Shown: piece by piece, positions 63,284-64,000 of the stretch
How the letters are laid out: each line of letters starts with the position of its first letter
Numbering within the stretch: position 1 is the first letter of the stretch
Notes under the pieces: model-generated
Told to the model about the DNA's origin: nothing
Database searches by the model: none
Seen by the model: only the letters and a program-made list of their open reading frames with translations
Translations under genes and position numbers: made by a program
Source of the DNA: Octopus sinensis
Lineage: Eukaryota
Direction of reading: 5' to 3'
DNA length: 64,000 bases
Assembly (NCBI RefSeq): GCF_006345805.1
Contig: NC_043014.1
Span: 32,364,001 to 32,428,000, forward strand

Positions 63284-63692
63284 ATTCTCTTATTCTTTTA
63301 TTCTTTACTTGTTTCAGTCATTTGACTGTGGACATGCTGGAGCACTGCCTTTAGTCGGACAAATCAACCCCAAGACTTATACTTTGTAAGCCTAGAACTT
63401 ACTTGATTGGTATCTTTTGCCGAACCACTAAGTTATGGAGATGTAAACACACCAGCATCGGTTGTCAAGCGATGTTAGGGGAACAAACACAAACACACAA
63501 ACATATACACACACATTCACATATATATATATATATGACAAGCTTCTTCCAGTTTCCATCTGCCAAATCCACTCACAAGGCTTTGGTCGGCCTCTGGCTA
63601 TAGTAGAAGACACTTGCCCAAGGTGCCATGCAGTGGGACTGAACCCGGAACCATGTGGCTGGTAAGCAAGCTACTTACCACGGACCCACTCC
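63284..63692 (-). mobile_element. CORE-type SINE
   Basis: Full body in reverse orientation. Confidence 0.88.
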
Positions 63693-64000
63693 TGTGCCTA
63701 TGTTTATTTATATATATGCACACAAACATACATGCGCACACACATGCACACACAAACACATATATATATATATATACATACATACATACATACATACATA
63801 CATACCTACATACATACATACATACATACATACCTACATACATACATACATACATACATACATAGTTATCTGACGCTGGTAATATTTCCTTAGTTGGCAA
63901 GTGGTAAATTCCATGTTTGAAACACAAATTTCCACTGATGAGAGCACTGACTAAATATCTTTGTCTTGGAGTTTAAAAAGGACCCCAAGTCAAGTGAGAT

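Noticed and set aside
63935-63960. Other CTGA[ACGT]GA matches (also 3050, 26773, 46270, minus 14845-14852)
   Set aside because: No stem II-GAAA-stem III arrangement follows.

Overview
Repeat-dense, AT-rich eukaryotic DNA with no host gene exon I can support. The SINE repertoire (CORE-type tRNA-derived SINEs with internal TA/CA microsatellites, Nin-domain SINEs) looks like that of octopus, so a coleoid cephalopod origin is inferred from memory of these families, not from a search. The window holds decayed LINE pieces (RTE, CR1, restriction-like-endonuclease type), a Penelope-like RT remnant (GLYRDD), several Tc1/mariner elements, MITEs, Helentron-like short elements and many microsatellites. 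Almost every ORF in the supplied track is a microsatellite artefact. The most notable signal is a dispersed set of about nine type I hammerhead ribozyme motifs (some degenerate) in short, mostly (TA)n-flanked elements. They include a young ~357-bp tandem retrozyme-like array with an inverted head and a U3-A8 variant core (55802-56677), a C3-G8 relative with the same stem I (14084-14152), and a perfect 330-bp palindrome carrying a hammerhead on each strand (24039-24368). All folds and translations were done by eye, and element boundaries are approximate unless a TSD or TIR is cited.
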